Shown: positions 7,986-17,384 of the stretch, piece by piece | Numbering within the stretch: position 1 is the stretch's first letter | Layout: every line of letters starts with the position of its first letter | Source: Candidatus Undinarchaeota archaeon | Lineage (GTDB): Archaea > Undinarchaeota > Undinarchaeia > Undinarchaeales > UBA543 | DNA length: 64,000 nucleotides | Direction: 5' to 3' | NCBI GenBank assembly: GCA_964636545.1 | Contig: CAZWSR010000001.1 | Span: 13,254-77,253, forward strand | The notes under the pieces: model-generated | Told to the model about the DNA's origin: nothing | The model's input: the letters and a program-made list of their open reading frames with translations, nothing else | The model's database searches: none | Made by a program: the position numbers and the translations under genes

Positions 7986-10174
7986 CGTTTGAATATCTTA
8001 TCGTGAATCCCTGTGTATTTAAGCACTGTGAAAATTAGGCCAACAGAAGCCATTGCAACAATCACGTAGATTGGATACATTACAAGATTATCATTCATTT
8101 CAACATCCAAGGCAGTTTCAGCATTTTTCAATTGGTAACCCGCTCGTTCAACAGAAACTTCAAGAGTATGCGCTCCACCGCTTTCATACCATGGGATTTG
8201 CAAAACCACATCAACGGATTTGATATTTCCAGGAGCAATTCCTGACAATTCAGTAGGTTCTAATCTGAGTTTTGCGCGAACATCTGTTTTAGCAAAAACA
8301 AGTACATTGTCAATTGCTAATACACCATTATTTTTAACATAGAAAGTGATGTTTGTTGTGTTTCCTGCAGAAATTGTGAAATCTTCTTGTAGAATTATCT
8401 CAATATCTGATTCAACTGGTAGTTCCTCAGTCAAATAAGTAACTTCCTCTTCGCTTTTAGGCAATAATTCATCAATAGCACCGCCAAGGTCGTGGATGTG
8501 CGCTCCAATGTTTGGAAAACATACATCAACTGTTCCAAGTGCAGAAATGCCGGCTTCCGCAATTTCAGACCAGCCAATTCCGTTTCCACAGGTTTCATTA
8601 ACTCTTGTGAATGGGTCGCCATAGTTTGTGTCCACAACTTCGACTGACGAGCTTTTCATAATGCATGGAGTACCATCAATTTTCACATAAGTGAATAATC
8701 CACCAAAATCAAGAACCTGATTAATTTCTTCTTGGATTGTTATTGCTTGAGCAAGATACCAAGTTTCCCCGTTTTTTGAAGTGAAAATATTTAGAACACC
8801 TTCACAAGTTGGATCTTCAAGAATTGCAGTAATTCTCAAATTTGTTAGGAACTGCGCATCTTGGTTATTTGGAGTAAATAATTCACCAGATAATAAATCA
8901 TTTTCAGGATTTGCATCTTCTAAACCAAGACAGTTTGGATGCGAAAATGCCCCGGGTCTACCGTCAAGTTCAACAAAATCTCCAGGCACTAATTTGTCAA
9001 TTTCAATTCGCATAGGAACACTGCAAACACTACTCTCGCTTGTTGAATCACCAAATGTACAGAACTGTTTGGTTTCAAAACCATCAATTAGCGAATATTC
9101 TCCACCCATTATTTTGAGGTATTCATTAAGATTTTCGCGGTTCAAGATATTGTCAGAAATTTGTTCATACACTTCTTGTCTGACTTCTTCAGTATCTTCA
9201 TAATCGGGATAAAAGTCAGTGAAAATTGTAGATTGTGTGTAAGCTGTTTTCACAACATCTCCATCAAACCATTCTGTGTTATTTTCAACGACAATGTCAA
9301 CAACACCGAGTAAAAGTGAGTAGCTTGCTGCTTGTTCTCGTGTGGTTTCTCCAAATGCTGGTTTGTATGGGGAAATAGAGCCAGTGTTGGTTACAAGTCT
9401 CTTGCATAATGCAGGTGCTTTTCCGCGATTGTAAATCCAATCAGGAGTAATAAAATGAAGGTCTGGAAGGAATGGCTCAACAGAAATTTTCAACTCAGCA
9501 ACATTATTATCCTTAAAATCTTCTGGAAGTGCGTTTTCAGGATCAACCAGCACTTGGACACTATGCATTCCACTGAATTGAATTGTATAATCGTCCATTT
9601 CAGTTGATAAAATAACAGCATTTCCAGGTTCAAGGTTGTTTTTGAGAGTGAATTCTTTCAATACAGTTGAACCACGCCCTGAAACTGAGTCCAGAACCTT
9701 GACTTTGCAGAATGAGTAATCTTTTCCAGCAACTGCTTTCTTGTATGAAAGTGGAGAGGTTTCAATTAAAAATCGTTTATCTTTCAAGAGAGTGACGCCT
9801 TTGAGCAATGCAGTGTCAGTTGGATATAGACCAACTTCGTGCATTTTTTCCATTAATTCATCAAAATGTGTGCTTCGTCTAAGCAAATGGGTGTGCGCAA
9901 ACGTTGCCCAATATTCGTCATTTGATATTTTGCCATCGCCATCATCTAAGTTTTTTAATAAATAACAGAGAACAGGCGAAGTACCTTTGTTTCTGATTTG
10001 GATTGAGTTAATTACAAATTGTTCTCCTTCAAATGGGTGCTGATTTGAAACTGAAATATCTATTGGCTCAACAACTAAGTCAATTGCTTCGGGGATTGTT
10101 GGAGCTTGTTCTGCGTGAATTGCGGGAATAAGGATAAGAAAGATTAGGATTGCGAATAAGTGCTTGTAATTCAT
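7937..10174 (-). CDS. large secreted/surface protein with N-terminal signal peptide and C-terminal TM anchor
   Basis: Signal peptide MNYKHLFAILIFLILIPAIHA, DxDGDGKISNDE Ca-binding-like loop. C-terminal hydrophobic helix followed by an Arg/Gly tail encoded by the GC-rich repeat element. Confidence 0.55.
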   Translation of the reverse strand: MNYKHLFAILIFLILIPAIHAEQAPTIPEAIDLVVEPIDISVSNQHPFEGEQFVINSIQIRNKGTSPVLCYLLKNLDDGDGKISNDEYWATFAHTHLLRRSTHFDELMEKMHEVGLYPTDTALLKGVTLLKDKRFLIETSPLSYKKAVAGKDYSFCKVKVLDSVSGRGSTVLKEFTLKNNLEPGNAVILSTEMDDYTIQFSGMHSVQVLVDPENALPEDFKDNNVAELKISVEPFLPDLHFITPDWIYNRGKAPALCKRLVTNTGSISPYKPAFGETTREQAASYSLLLGVVDIVVENNTEWFDGDVVKTAYTQSTIFTDFYPDYEDTEEVRQEVYEQISDNILNRENLNEYLKIMGGEYSLIDGFETKQFCTFGDSTSESSVCSVPMRIEIDKLVPGDFVELDGRPGAFSHPNCLGLEDANPENDLLSGELFTPNNQDAQFLTNLRITAILEDPTCEGVLNIFTSKNGETWYLAQAITIQEEINQVLDFGGLFTYVKIDGTPCIMKSSSVEVVDTNYGDPFTRVNETCGNGIGWSEIAEAGISALGTVDVCFPNIGAHIHDLGGAIDELLPKSEEEVTYLTEELPVESDIEIILQEDFTISAGNTTNITFYVKNNGVLAIDNVLVFAKTDVRAKLRLEPTELSGIAPGNIKSVDVVLQIPWYESGGAHTLEVSVERAGYQLKNAETALDVEMNDNLVMYPIYVIVAMASVGLIFTVLKYTGIHDKIFKRRGAGARGRRGSVRTR

Positions 10175-10212
10175 GATTTGGTATAATTGGTGGGGGTATA
10201 TAAATTATAAGG

Positions 10213-10279
10213 GGCAGTAGATAGTGGGCAGAAGGCAGTGGGAACAGACCTACTACCTACTGCCCAGGGCCTACTACCT
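10213..10279. repeat. palindromic copy of dispersed GC-rich repeat (core GGCAGTAGGTAGTGGGCAG / CTGCCCACTACCTACTGCC)
   Basis: GGCAGTAGATAGTGGGCAGAAGGCAGTGGG...CCTACTACCTACTGCCCAGGGCCTACTACC in the divergent promoter region between the surface-protein gene and rfcS. Confidence 0.7.
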
Positions 10280-10307
10280 GAAAACATATCAACAAAGCCA
10301 CCAAAAC

Positions 10308-10315
10308 TATAAAAA
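10308..10315 (+). promoter_or_regulatory. TATA box (TATAAAAA) upstream of rfcS, with GGAGG-like RBS at 10333-10341
   Basis: A/T box 34-41 nt upstream of ATG 10349. AGGGGAG is 8 nt upstream of the start. Confidence 0.35.
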
Positions 10316-10348
10316 GAACAAACAACTCAGATAGAGAAGGGGAGAATA

Positions 10349-11320
10349 ATGGCTGAGAAATTATTTGAAGAAGTTTGGACTGAGAAGTACCGACCGCAGG
10401 GTTTGGATGATGTTGTTGGACAAAAGGAAATTGTGAGCAGATTACAGTCATTTGTTAAGAATAAAACCCTCCAGAATTTGTTGTTTGCAGGTCAAGCAGG
10501 AACTGGAAAAACAACATGCTCCATGGCAATTGCACGAGAATTATTTGGAGATAATTGGAAAGGGAATTTTTTGGAATTAAATGCTTCTGATGAGAGAGGA
10601 ATTGACGTTGTTCGTGTTAAAGTTAAGGATTTTGCAAGAACTAGGCCACTTGGTGAAGTTCCATACAAGATAATTTATTTAGATGAAAGTGATGCATTGA
10701 CTCGTGAAGCGCAACAGGCGCTTAGACGGACAATGGAAGATTATACTGGAACTTGTCGTTTTATTCTGGCTTGTAATTATAATTCAAAGATTATTGACCC
10801 GATTAAGAGTAGATGCGCATTTTTCAGGTTCTTGCCTATTTCAAATGATGATTTGAAAGTTCGCTTGGACATGATTGCTGGAAAAGAGAATCTGCAAATT
10901 AGTGATGATGGAATGGAGTCAATACTTGAAATTGCTGGTGGTGATTTGAGGCACGCAATTAACTTACTTCAAGCAACTGCTGCAACTGTTAAGAAAATCA
11001 ATTCAGATGCAGTTTACAAAGTTGCTGCACGGGCTCAGCCGCAGGAGATTGAAGATTGTGTTAAACTTGCACTTGATGGGAATTTTAATGATGCAAGAAG
11101 TCAGTTAGATGGCGTGATGATTAAGCAAGGACTTTCTGGTGAGGATGTTGTTAGGCAGATTCACTCAACTGTTTTGAAAATGGAATTGCCAGAGGATAAG
11201 CTGGTTCCGTTAATTGACAAAATTGGCGAGTATAGTTTCAGGATTATTGAAGGTGCTGATGCACGGATTCAGGTTTGTGCATTGTTAGCGCAGATTTATG
11301 CTATTGGGAAGAAAAAATGA
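10349..11320 (+). CDS. rfcS: replication factor C small subunit
   Basis: EKYRP box II, Walker A GQAGTGKTT, SRC motif (KIIDPIKSRC), DEAD-like LDESD. Confidence 0.9.
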   Translation: MAEKLFEEVWTEKYRPQGLDDVVGQKEIVSRLQSFVKNKTLQNLLFAGQAGTGKTTCSMAIARELFGDNWKGNFLELNASDERGIDVVRVKVKDFARTRPLGEVPYKIIYLDESDALTREAQQALRRTMEDYTGTCRFILACNYNSKIIDPIKSRCAFFRFLPISNDDLKVRLDMIAGKENLQISDDGMESILEIAGGDLRHAINLLQATAATVKKINSDAVYKVAARAQPQEIEDCVKLALDGNFNDARSQLDGVMIKQGLSGEDVVRQIHSTVLKMELPEDKLVPLIDKIGEYSFRIIEGADARIQVCALLAQIYAIGKKK

Positions 11321-12540
11321 GTTTACCATGGCCTGAAAAATATAGGCCGAAAACAACTAGTGAAATTGTAGGTCAAACGAGTTCAGTTACTGAAGTTAAA
11401 AATTGGATTGCGAATTTTAAAACTGCAAAGGAGAAAGCACTTTTATTAACTGGTCCAGTTGGTTCAGGAAAAACTTCACTTGTTAAAGCAATTGCAAATG
11501 AACTTGAATTTGACTTAATTGAAATGAATGCATCGGATGTTCGAAAAAAAGATCAGATTGAATCATTATTAGGAAGTGCAACAACTCAGCAAAGTTTGCT
11601 GGCAGTGAAAGGTAAACTTGTTCTAGTTGATGAGGTTGACGGAATTTCAGGAAATTCTGACCGCGGTGGAATGGCTGCTCTTGGCAGAATTATTTCAAAA
11701 ACCAGTTTTCCGATTATATTGACTGCAACTGACAAGTGGAATAGGAAATTGTCAAATCTTAGGAAAAAGTGTATTGCAGTTAATTTAAAGAAAGTTGATA
11801 TTCGTTCAATGGCAAAACGGCTTGAGGAAATTGTTAAAGAAGAGCATTTGAAAGTTGGTGAAGGTGTGCTAACTGAAATTTCTCGCAGATCTGAAGGTGA
11901 TTTGCGGGCAGCGATTAATGATCTGGAATCGCTTGCATGCGGTAATAAAATAACAATGAGTGATTTGGAGAAACTTGGCGCTCGCGAGAATATTAAAAGT
12001 ATTTTTGATACACTTTTTGCAATTTACAAAACAAAAGATCCTGAATTTATTATGGATTCGTTTTGGAAATGCGACAAAAGCCCTGGGGAAATTATGTTGT
12101 GGTTAATTGAGACAATTCCAAAGGAGTATGAGAAACCAGATGAAATTGCTGAAGCATTTGATAATATTTCGCGAGCTGATATTTTTAATGGGCGGATCCC
12201 ACATAGTCAGGCATGGAGCTTGATGTCATATTCAGCTGAACTAACTGCTCTTGGAACTGCAATGGCAAAGCAGGAGAAGTATAAGAAATTTACAAAGTAT
12301 ATGCCACCAACTTATTTGATGCGGATGGGAAGGACGCGGATGAGTCGGGCAATGCGGAAGAAAGTTTCTGGATCAATTGGTGAGAAATTACATTGTTCTA
12401 GGAAAGTGGTTGGGGAACATTATGGGTATTATAGAATGATGGCGAAAAAATATAATAAGGCAGTAGGTAGTGGGCAGGAGGTAGTGGGAAACAATTGGCT
12501 TGGATTGGAAGAAGATGAATTAGTGTTTTTGAAGAAGTAA
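11317..12540 (+). CDS. rfcL: replication factor C large subunit
   Basis: MSLPWPEKYRP, Walker A GPVGSGKTS. ATGA start/stop overlap with rfcS. C-terminus contains a copy of the dispersed GGCAGTAGGTAGTGGGCAG repeat. Confidence 0.85.
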   Translation: MSLPWPEKYRPKTTSEIVGQTSSVTEVKNWIANFKTAKEKALLLTGPVGSGKTSLVKAIANELEFDLIEMNASDVRKKDQIESLLGSATTQQSLLAVKGKLVLVDEVDGISGNSDRGGMAALGRIISKTSFPIILTATDKWNRKLSNLRKKCIAVNLKKVDIRSMAKRLEEIVKEEHLKVGEGVLTEISRRSEGDLRAAINDLESLACGNKITMSDLEKLGARENIKSIFDTLFAIYKTKDPEFIMDSFWKCDKSPGEIMLWLIETIPKEYEKPDEIAEAFDNISRADIFNGRIPHSQAWSLMSYSAELTALGTAMAKQEKYKKFTKYMPPTYLMRMGRTRMSRAMRKKVSGSIGEKLHCSRKVVGEHYGYYRMMAKKYNKAVGSGQEVVGNNWLGLEEDELVFLKK

Positions 12541-12576
12541 ATTGTTATAAAGTATTGAAAATAATGAGATATTGGA

Positions 12577-13185
12577 ATGACTAAAGAAATTACAAAAGAT
12601 GATGTAATGCTGGCAACAGAAACAGAGAGAGAATGGGAATTGTTTATAGGTAAAAAGGTAAGGAGTGTTAGGTTAAAGGTTCTTGTTAAAAGTGAAAAAA
12701 TAAGTAATCTTTTGAAAGGAAAAGAGGATAAATTCAATAAATTAAAAGAGCTAGATCGGAAACGTGAGGAATTCCCACACAAAATAACTGGCAGGATTAC
12801 AATTCAGAGATTGAGGTATAAGGATATAAGAGATGGAATGACTGGTATATTTTTAAGATTATTAAAAGAAGATGCAGAAAAAAAAGAAAATAGTGATCTT
12901 GCAGAAATTTTGAAAAGGGATGGAGAAGATGAAGAAGAGTTACAAATACTTTCAATTAATTTCTTGAATCCACGACATAACTTGATAAAAGAGGGGATAG
13001 ATAAAATAACACAAAAAAAAGGGATAGGAACAGCATCAGTTGAAAACCTAATAGAACTTGTGGAAGATATGAAGAATCCGAAGATGAAGTACATCATTGT
13101 AGCAACAACAAAAGAGTATGCTGGAAACACATTGAAGAAATTTGAGTTTGACTGTATTGGAGATTCAGAAGATGGTAGTTATTAG
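12577..13185 (+). CDS. hypothetical protein
   Basis: 202-aa ORF, charged, no recognised motif. First gene of a co-directional block of uncharacterised genes. Confidence 0.35.
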   Translation: MTKEITKDDVMLATETEREWELFIGKKVRSVRLKVLVKSEKISNLLKGKEDKFNKLKELDRKREEFPHKITGRITIQRLRYKDIRDGMTGIFLRLLKEDAEKKENSDLAEILKRDGEDEEELQILSINFLNPRHNLIKEGIDKITQKKGIGTASVENLIELVEDMKNPKMKYIIVATTKEYAGNTLKKFEFDCIGDSEDGSY

Positions 13186-13206
13186 TATAGGAAGTTGTGA
13201 GTTAAA

Positions 13207-13347
13207 ATGAAAAATCCAAAACGTTTTTGTTCAAACTGTAAAAAAGAGCTTTCTAAAGATAGTAAATTAGAGGTTTGCTCTAGTTGTTTTGAAGAAGTTG
13301 CAAAAGGATTTACTGCTAGTACTTGGAAAATAAATAAGAAGAAATGA
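13207..13347 (+). CDS. small zinc-ribbon protein (46 aa)
   Basis: Not in the ORF track. MKNPKRFCSNCKKELSKDSKLEVCSSCFEEVAKGF has CxxC...CxxC. Tightly spaced between neighbours. Confidence 0.35.
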   Translation: MKNPKRFCSNCKKELSKDSKLEVCSSCFEEVAKGFTASTWKINKKK

Positions 13348-13375
13348 GGAAATTGTTATAAAGAAGTAGATACAA

Positions 13376-14083
13376 GTGAATGTTATGAAAGTAAACTTTG
13401 TGTTTTCAGAAATTTATGAAATGATGATTAGAGCAGCTGAGAAAGGAGTTTATTTGAAAGATCCAAAAGAGAATCCAATATTATTAAAATCTGTTTTGAA
13501 AGATAAAGAATTGATGGAAGAGTTCAAAACAAAGATTGAACAGCGGTGGAGAGTATACACAAAGCTGATGATGAAAAGTGTTGAGAAAGTAACTGGTTGG
13601 AAATGGTGGGATAACCAAGATTGCTATGTTGTGAAGGAAATGAATACTGTTGCTGGTTTTTCAGACCCATTGACAATACGCTATATGAAGGATCTTGATA
13701 ATGCTGTTGGATTATTATTTCACGAGATGCTTCATTTGCTGATTGCTAAGAATGTTCCAGAGGATAGTGAGGTTGTTAAATTACTGGAGGAGAAATTTGA
13801 AAGCAAGACACCAATAGTACAATTTCACATATTACCAGCACTAATATTTAGAGCAGTTAAGAACGATATGAAATTTAGTGAGTATTTTGAGAATATTTAT
13901 GAGGACAATAGAAAATACATGGGAAGACATAGAGAAAGAACTCGCTGGGATGATGTTTTCCGAAGAGAACGGGGGACTGGTGAATGGGTTGATGGAGCTA
14001 TGGAAGTTGTTGAAAAAGAAATTTGGAAGAACATTGGAGAAGGAGATGTTGCTGAAAGATTGAAATGGTGGTTGGGGGAGTGA
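13376..14083 (+). CDS. hypothetical protein with HExxH (zincin-like) motif
   Basis: LLFHEMLHLLI is the only recognisable motif. No second His/Glu ligand was identified by eye. Confidence 0.4.
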   Translation: MNVMKVNFVFSEIYEMMIRAAEKGVYLKDPKENPILLKSVLKDKELMEEFKTKIEQRWRVYTKLMMKSVEKVTGWKWWDNQDCYVVKEMNTVAGFSDPLTIRYMKDLDNAVGLLFHEMLHLLIAKNVPEDSEVVKLLEEKFESKTPIVQFHILPALIFRAVKNDMKFSEYFENIYEDNRKYMGRHRERTRWDDVFRRERGTGEWVDGAMEVVEKEIWKNIGEGDVAERLKWWLGE

Positions 14084-14138
14084 AAGTTTAAAAATCCACC
14101 GCTAAACATTTATACAAAGCGATTTAATCAAAGTAAAA

Positions 14139-15566
14139 ATGCCTTTACTAACAAAATCTAAATATCTTACTGGATTTCAATGCCTGCGCTACTTGTGGGT
14201 TAAAGAGCATGAAAAAGAAAAAATACCAAAACCAGATATTGCAACCCAGTTTAAGTTTGATGAAGGAAACCAAGTTGGAGATCTGGCAAAAAACCTATAC
14301 CCAGACGGTATTGATATTAAGATTTGGCCTATTAAGAATAACATTACACGAACTGGACAACTATTAGGCGAACAAAGACCATTATTTGAACCTGGCTTCC
14401 AGCACGAGAACTGCTACTCTCGTTCAGATATTCTAGTACCGAACCAAGATGGTTGGGACATTATCGAGGTCAAGAGCGGGACTAAAGTCAAGGAAATTAA
14501 TCTACAAGATGTTTCTTTTCAAAAATACTGTTTGGAAGGAGCTGGTCTTCAAATAAAAAACTGCTATCTAATGCATGTTAATAATGAATATGTGCGAAAA
14601 GGTGTGATTGACTGCGAGAAACTTTTCAAAAAAGAAAATATTACTGAAGAAGTTGCAAAAATAATAGAAGAAATACCAGAGAATGCAAAAAGGATGTTGG
14701 AAGTTCTATCAGCAGATGAATTTACACCAGTTAAAATTGGAAAACAGTGTAAAGACCCATACGAATGCCCAGTTGCAGAGTGTTGGGACTTTTTACCAGA
14801 CAATCACATTTTCCATTTGTACAGAGGAGGAAAGAAGTGCTATGACTTATTTGAAGAAGGAATCCACACTATTAGTGAAATACCAGAAGAATACAAACTA
14901 AATGACAAGCAAGGTATCCAGAAAAAGTGCGAGAAGGCGGGTGAGACACATATTGACAAGGATGGAATTAAAGAATTCCTTGAATTACGGGAATATCCAA
15001 TACACTATCTTGATTTTGAGACATTTGCAACCGCAGTGCCCTATTTTGACAACACCAGACCTTATGAAAAGATACCGTTCCAATTTTCACTACATATTGA
15101 ACAGGAGAATGGAGAAGTTGAGCACAAGTCATTCCTTTACGATGGAGATGACGATCCTAGAGAAGAGTTTACAACTGCATTGAGAAACGCGCTTGAGAAA
15201 AAAGGAACCATTGTTGCATTTAATGAATCATTTGAAAAAGGAGTTATGAAAAAATTAGGTTGGGATGATAGCATTGATGCGCGGTTTGTTGATTTAATTA
15301 CGCCATTTAGAGCATTCCACTTTTACAATCCAGAGCAAAAAGGGAGTGCGTCACTTAAAAAAGTTCTGCCAGCAGTTACTGGAAAAAATTATGATGGAAT
15401 GGGAATCGCAGACGGCGTTACTGCAAGTGTTGAGTTTGTGAATGTGACTTACAAAAAAGTTAGTGATGAAAAGAAAGCGCAAGTTCGGAGTGATTTAGAA
15501 AAATATTGTGGGTTGGATACTGAAGGCATGTTATGGATTATTCAGAAACTAAGAGAAATGATTTGA
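14139..15566 (+). CDS. DUF2779-type PD-(D/E)xK (RecB/Cas4-like) nuclease family protein
   Basis: N-terminus SKYLTGFQCLRYLW resembles the DUF2779 family start, D...DIIEVK PD-(D/E)xK signature, C-x5-C-x3-C cysteine cluster (CKDPYECPVAEC). Confidence 0.55.
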   Translation: MPLLTKSKYLTGFQCLRYLWVKEHEKEKIPKPDIATQFKFDEGNQVGDLAKNLYPDGIDIKIWPIKNNITRTGQLLGEQRPLFEPGFQHENCYSRSDILVPNQDGWDIIEVKSGTKVKEINLQDVSFQKYCLEGAGLQIKNCYLMHVNNEYVRKGVIDCEKLFKKENITEEVAKIIEEIPENAKRMLEVLSADEFTPVKIGKQCKDPYECPVAECWDFLPDNHIFHLYRGGKKCYDLFEEGIHTISEIPEEYKLNDKQGIQKKCEKAGETHIDKDGIKEFLELREYPIHYLDFETFATAVPYFDNTRPYEKIPFQFSLHIEQENGEVEHKSFLYDGDDDPREEFTTALRNALEKKGTIVAFNESFEKGVMKKLGWDDSIDARFVDLITPFRAFHFYNPEQKGSASLKKVLPAVTGKNYDGMGIADGVTASVEFVNVTYKKVSDEKKAQVRSDLEKYCGLDTEGMLWIIQKLREMI

Positions 15567-15570
15567 AAAT

Positions 15571-16329
15571 CTAAGGCATACTAATCGTAGTTGTCCCAGC
15601 AATCATTCTTTTTCCAGTTGAATTCACTTTCAAAGGATCACCAGTTGAACAAGCTGTACTGCTTTCAAATAAATAAATTCCAGCACCTTCTTCAGTAAAA
15701 CTTGGAGTAATATCACTGCCATCATATTCTATATTGAAATCACCAAGAACTAGTCCAACAACTGGCTCGTCATATTCTTTCAGCACCCTAGCACGGAAAT
15801 TCAAGACATTTGGGCCTGCAGTGCAAGTAACAATTTGTGTAATTGCAACCTGGATATCGCGGACTGCGAAAAATCTTGAAGTGATTTGCGAATTAACGCC
15901 CTTGAGAGTAATATTAACTGTTGCATTCATGTGTGTAGCATTTCCACGAACTCTTGCTGACGCAATATTAGCGGAAATATGTCGTTCAGCAGTTAAATTA
16001 GCAACAAAGCCGTCAAAATACGTGAGATTCGCATCTAATGCATCATTCGCATTTGCCCCAGAGGTTCTGGAAACATTTGAAAGTGTGACTTCAACAATAT
16101 TATTATACTCATCCTGAATATTTTGAATTAAATAAGTGAAATCAGCAACTTCAACACTGGCGTAATCTGGTTCATTTGTTTTGATTACATTGAAATAAAT
16201 GAAATAGACAGCGAGAATTATAATTACTGCGCTAGCTATGAAAAATTGCGCCTTCTTGTGCCTGAGGGCTGATGGCTGATACCTGATACCTTTCACTTTA
16301 CTTGCCATAATTCTAATTTCAAAGCGCAC
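15571..16329 (-). CDS. pilin-like protein (N-terminal TM helix), pilus locus
   Basis: N-terminal hydrophobic segment after a basic stretch, Thr/Ser/Asn-rich body. N-terminal coding carries a GGCTGAT heptamer tandem. Confidence 0.4.
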   Translation of the reverse strand: MRFEIRIMASKVKGIRYQPSALRHKKAQFFIASAVIIILAVYFIYFNVIKTNEPDYASVEVADFTYLIQNIQDEYNNIVEVTLSNVSRTSGANANDALDANLTYFDGFVANLTAERHISANIASARVRGNATHMNATVNITLKGVNSQITSRFFAVRDIQVAITQIVTCTAGPNVLNFRARVLKEYDEPVVGLVLGDFNIEYDGSDITPSFTEEGAGIYLFESSTACSTGDPLKVNSTGKRMIAGTTTISMP

Positions 16330-16808
16330 GCACTTGAATCACTGCAATAGATGCCTCCGTCACCTGCTATAATATAATAGACAGAAACAATATCGCGGTT
16401 TAGTGGCTGAACAATTGCACCTGTTTTGAATTTCGGATCCCCAGCTGGATAAGTATCATTTGCATTATAGAAATACAAAGAATACCCAACCCCAGAACCA
16501 AGAGTGCTGTTCAAGTATGCTCCAACACTTGCCCAGTTGCTTGTGTTAACGGCAGTTCGCAAATCAGTGAAATCATCTGAATCTGAATCAACTAAATCAT
16601 ATGAACGCAATGCATCTTCACCAATTTGCTGAAGTAGATATTTGTCTGTTTCTGGACGAGATGATTTTGAACGATTCTCGAAATTGTTTATGAAAAGGAA
16701 AAATGAAAACACAAGTGTGGCAGCAAGAGCAATTTCAATGATCCTTAACCATCCTTTATTGTTCCTGAGGGCTGAGGACTGAGGGCTGACACCTGTTCTC
16801 ATTTCCAA
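16293..16808 (-). CDS. pilin-like protein, pilus locus
   Basis: RNNKG-WLRIIEIALAATLVFSFFLFI class III signal-peptide-like N-terminus. GGCTGAG heptamer tandem in N-terminal coding. Confidence 0.4.
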   Translation of the reverse strand: MEMRTGVSPQSSALRNNKGWLRIIEIALAATLVFSFFLFINNFENRSKSSRPETDKYLLQQIGEDALRSYDLVDSDSDDFTDLRTAVNTSNWASVGAYLNSTLGSGVGYSLYFYNANDTYPAGDPKFKTGAIVQPLNRDIVSVYYIIAGDGGIYCSDSSACALKLELWQVK

Positions 16809-17356
16809 ACCTCCAAAGTTACATTAGCGAATCCAGTGTTGTCAACTGAAAGCACGCGCTTCAAAACATAAACACTTGAACTTGAGCCAGGTAGTGTGTT
16901 GTTAATATCTAAGAATACAGTTCCGTTGTCTGCTCTTAGTCTAAAACTAGTATCATTTCCTAAACCAAGCTGATGCGCGATTGTACTGTAAGAAATTGAA
17001 TTAACATAATCAATTTTTGTTGAATTCAGTTGCCCAAGAATAGATTTATTTGAATAAGAATTATGGTGCAAAAGACCAACGCGCTCAACATTTGATGAAG
17101 TCCAATCAGATGGCCAGCCAGTATCCTCAATCAAAAGACGACTTATTACAGCAGCCTGTGGTTCAAGTGAATTCATTTCAGCATCGTGTTTTATTGTTGG
17201 TAATAAATCCAAAACCCAAGTTGTTGCACTAATGATAAGAACAATCAGCAGTAGAACCGCGATTATGAAGCCGAGATTAAGTTGTCCCTTTTTGTTAGGA
17301 ATTTGGAATTTGGAATTTGGAATTTGGAATCTTAGCATATTAGTATCCCTCCACAC
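16799..17356 (-). CDS. pilin-like protein, pilus locus
   Basis: NKKGQLNLGFIIAVLLLIVLII N-terminus. N-terminal FQIPNSKFQIPN is encoded by the (GGAATTT)n hexamer tandem. Confidence 0.4.
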   Translation of the reverse strand: MWRDTNMLRFQIPNSKFQIPNKKGQLNLGFIIAVLLLIVLIISATTWVLDLLPTIKHDAEMNSLEPQAAVISRLLIEDTGWPSDWTSSNVERVGLLHHNSYSNKSILGQLNSTKIDYVNSISYSTIAHQLGLGNDTSFRLRADNGTVFLDINNTLPGSSSSVYVLKRVLSVDNTGFANVTLEVWK

Positions 17357-17380
17357 TGCCTACTACCCACTGCCCACCGC
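17355..17380. repeat. copy of dispersed repeat (reverse orientation) between a pilin gene and the TadC-like gene
   Basis: CTGCCTACTACCCACTGCCCACCGCC. Confidence 0.55.
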
Positions 17381-17384
17381 CTTT

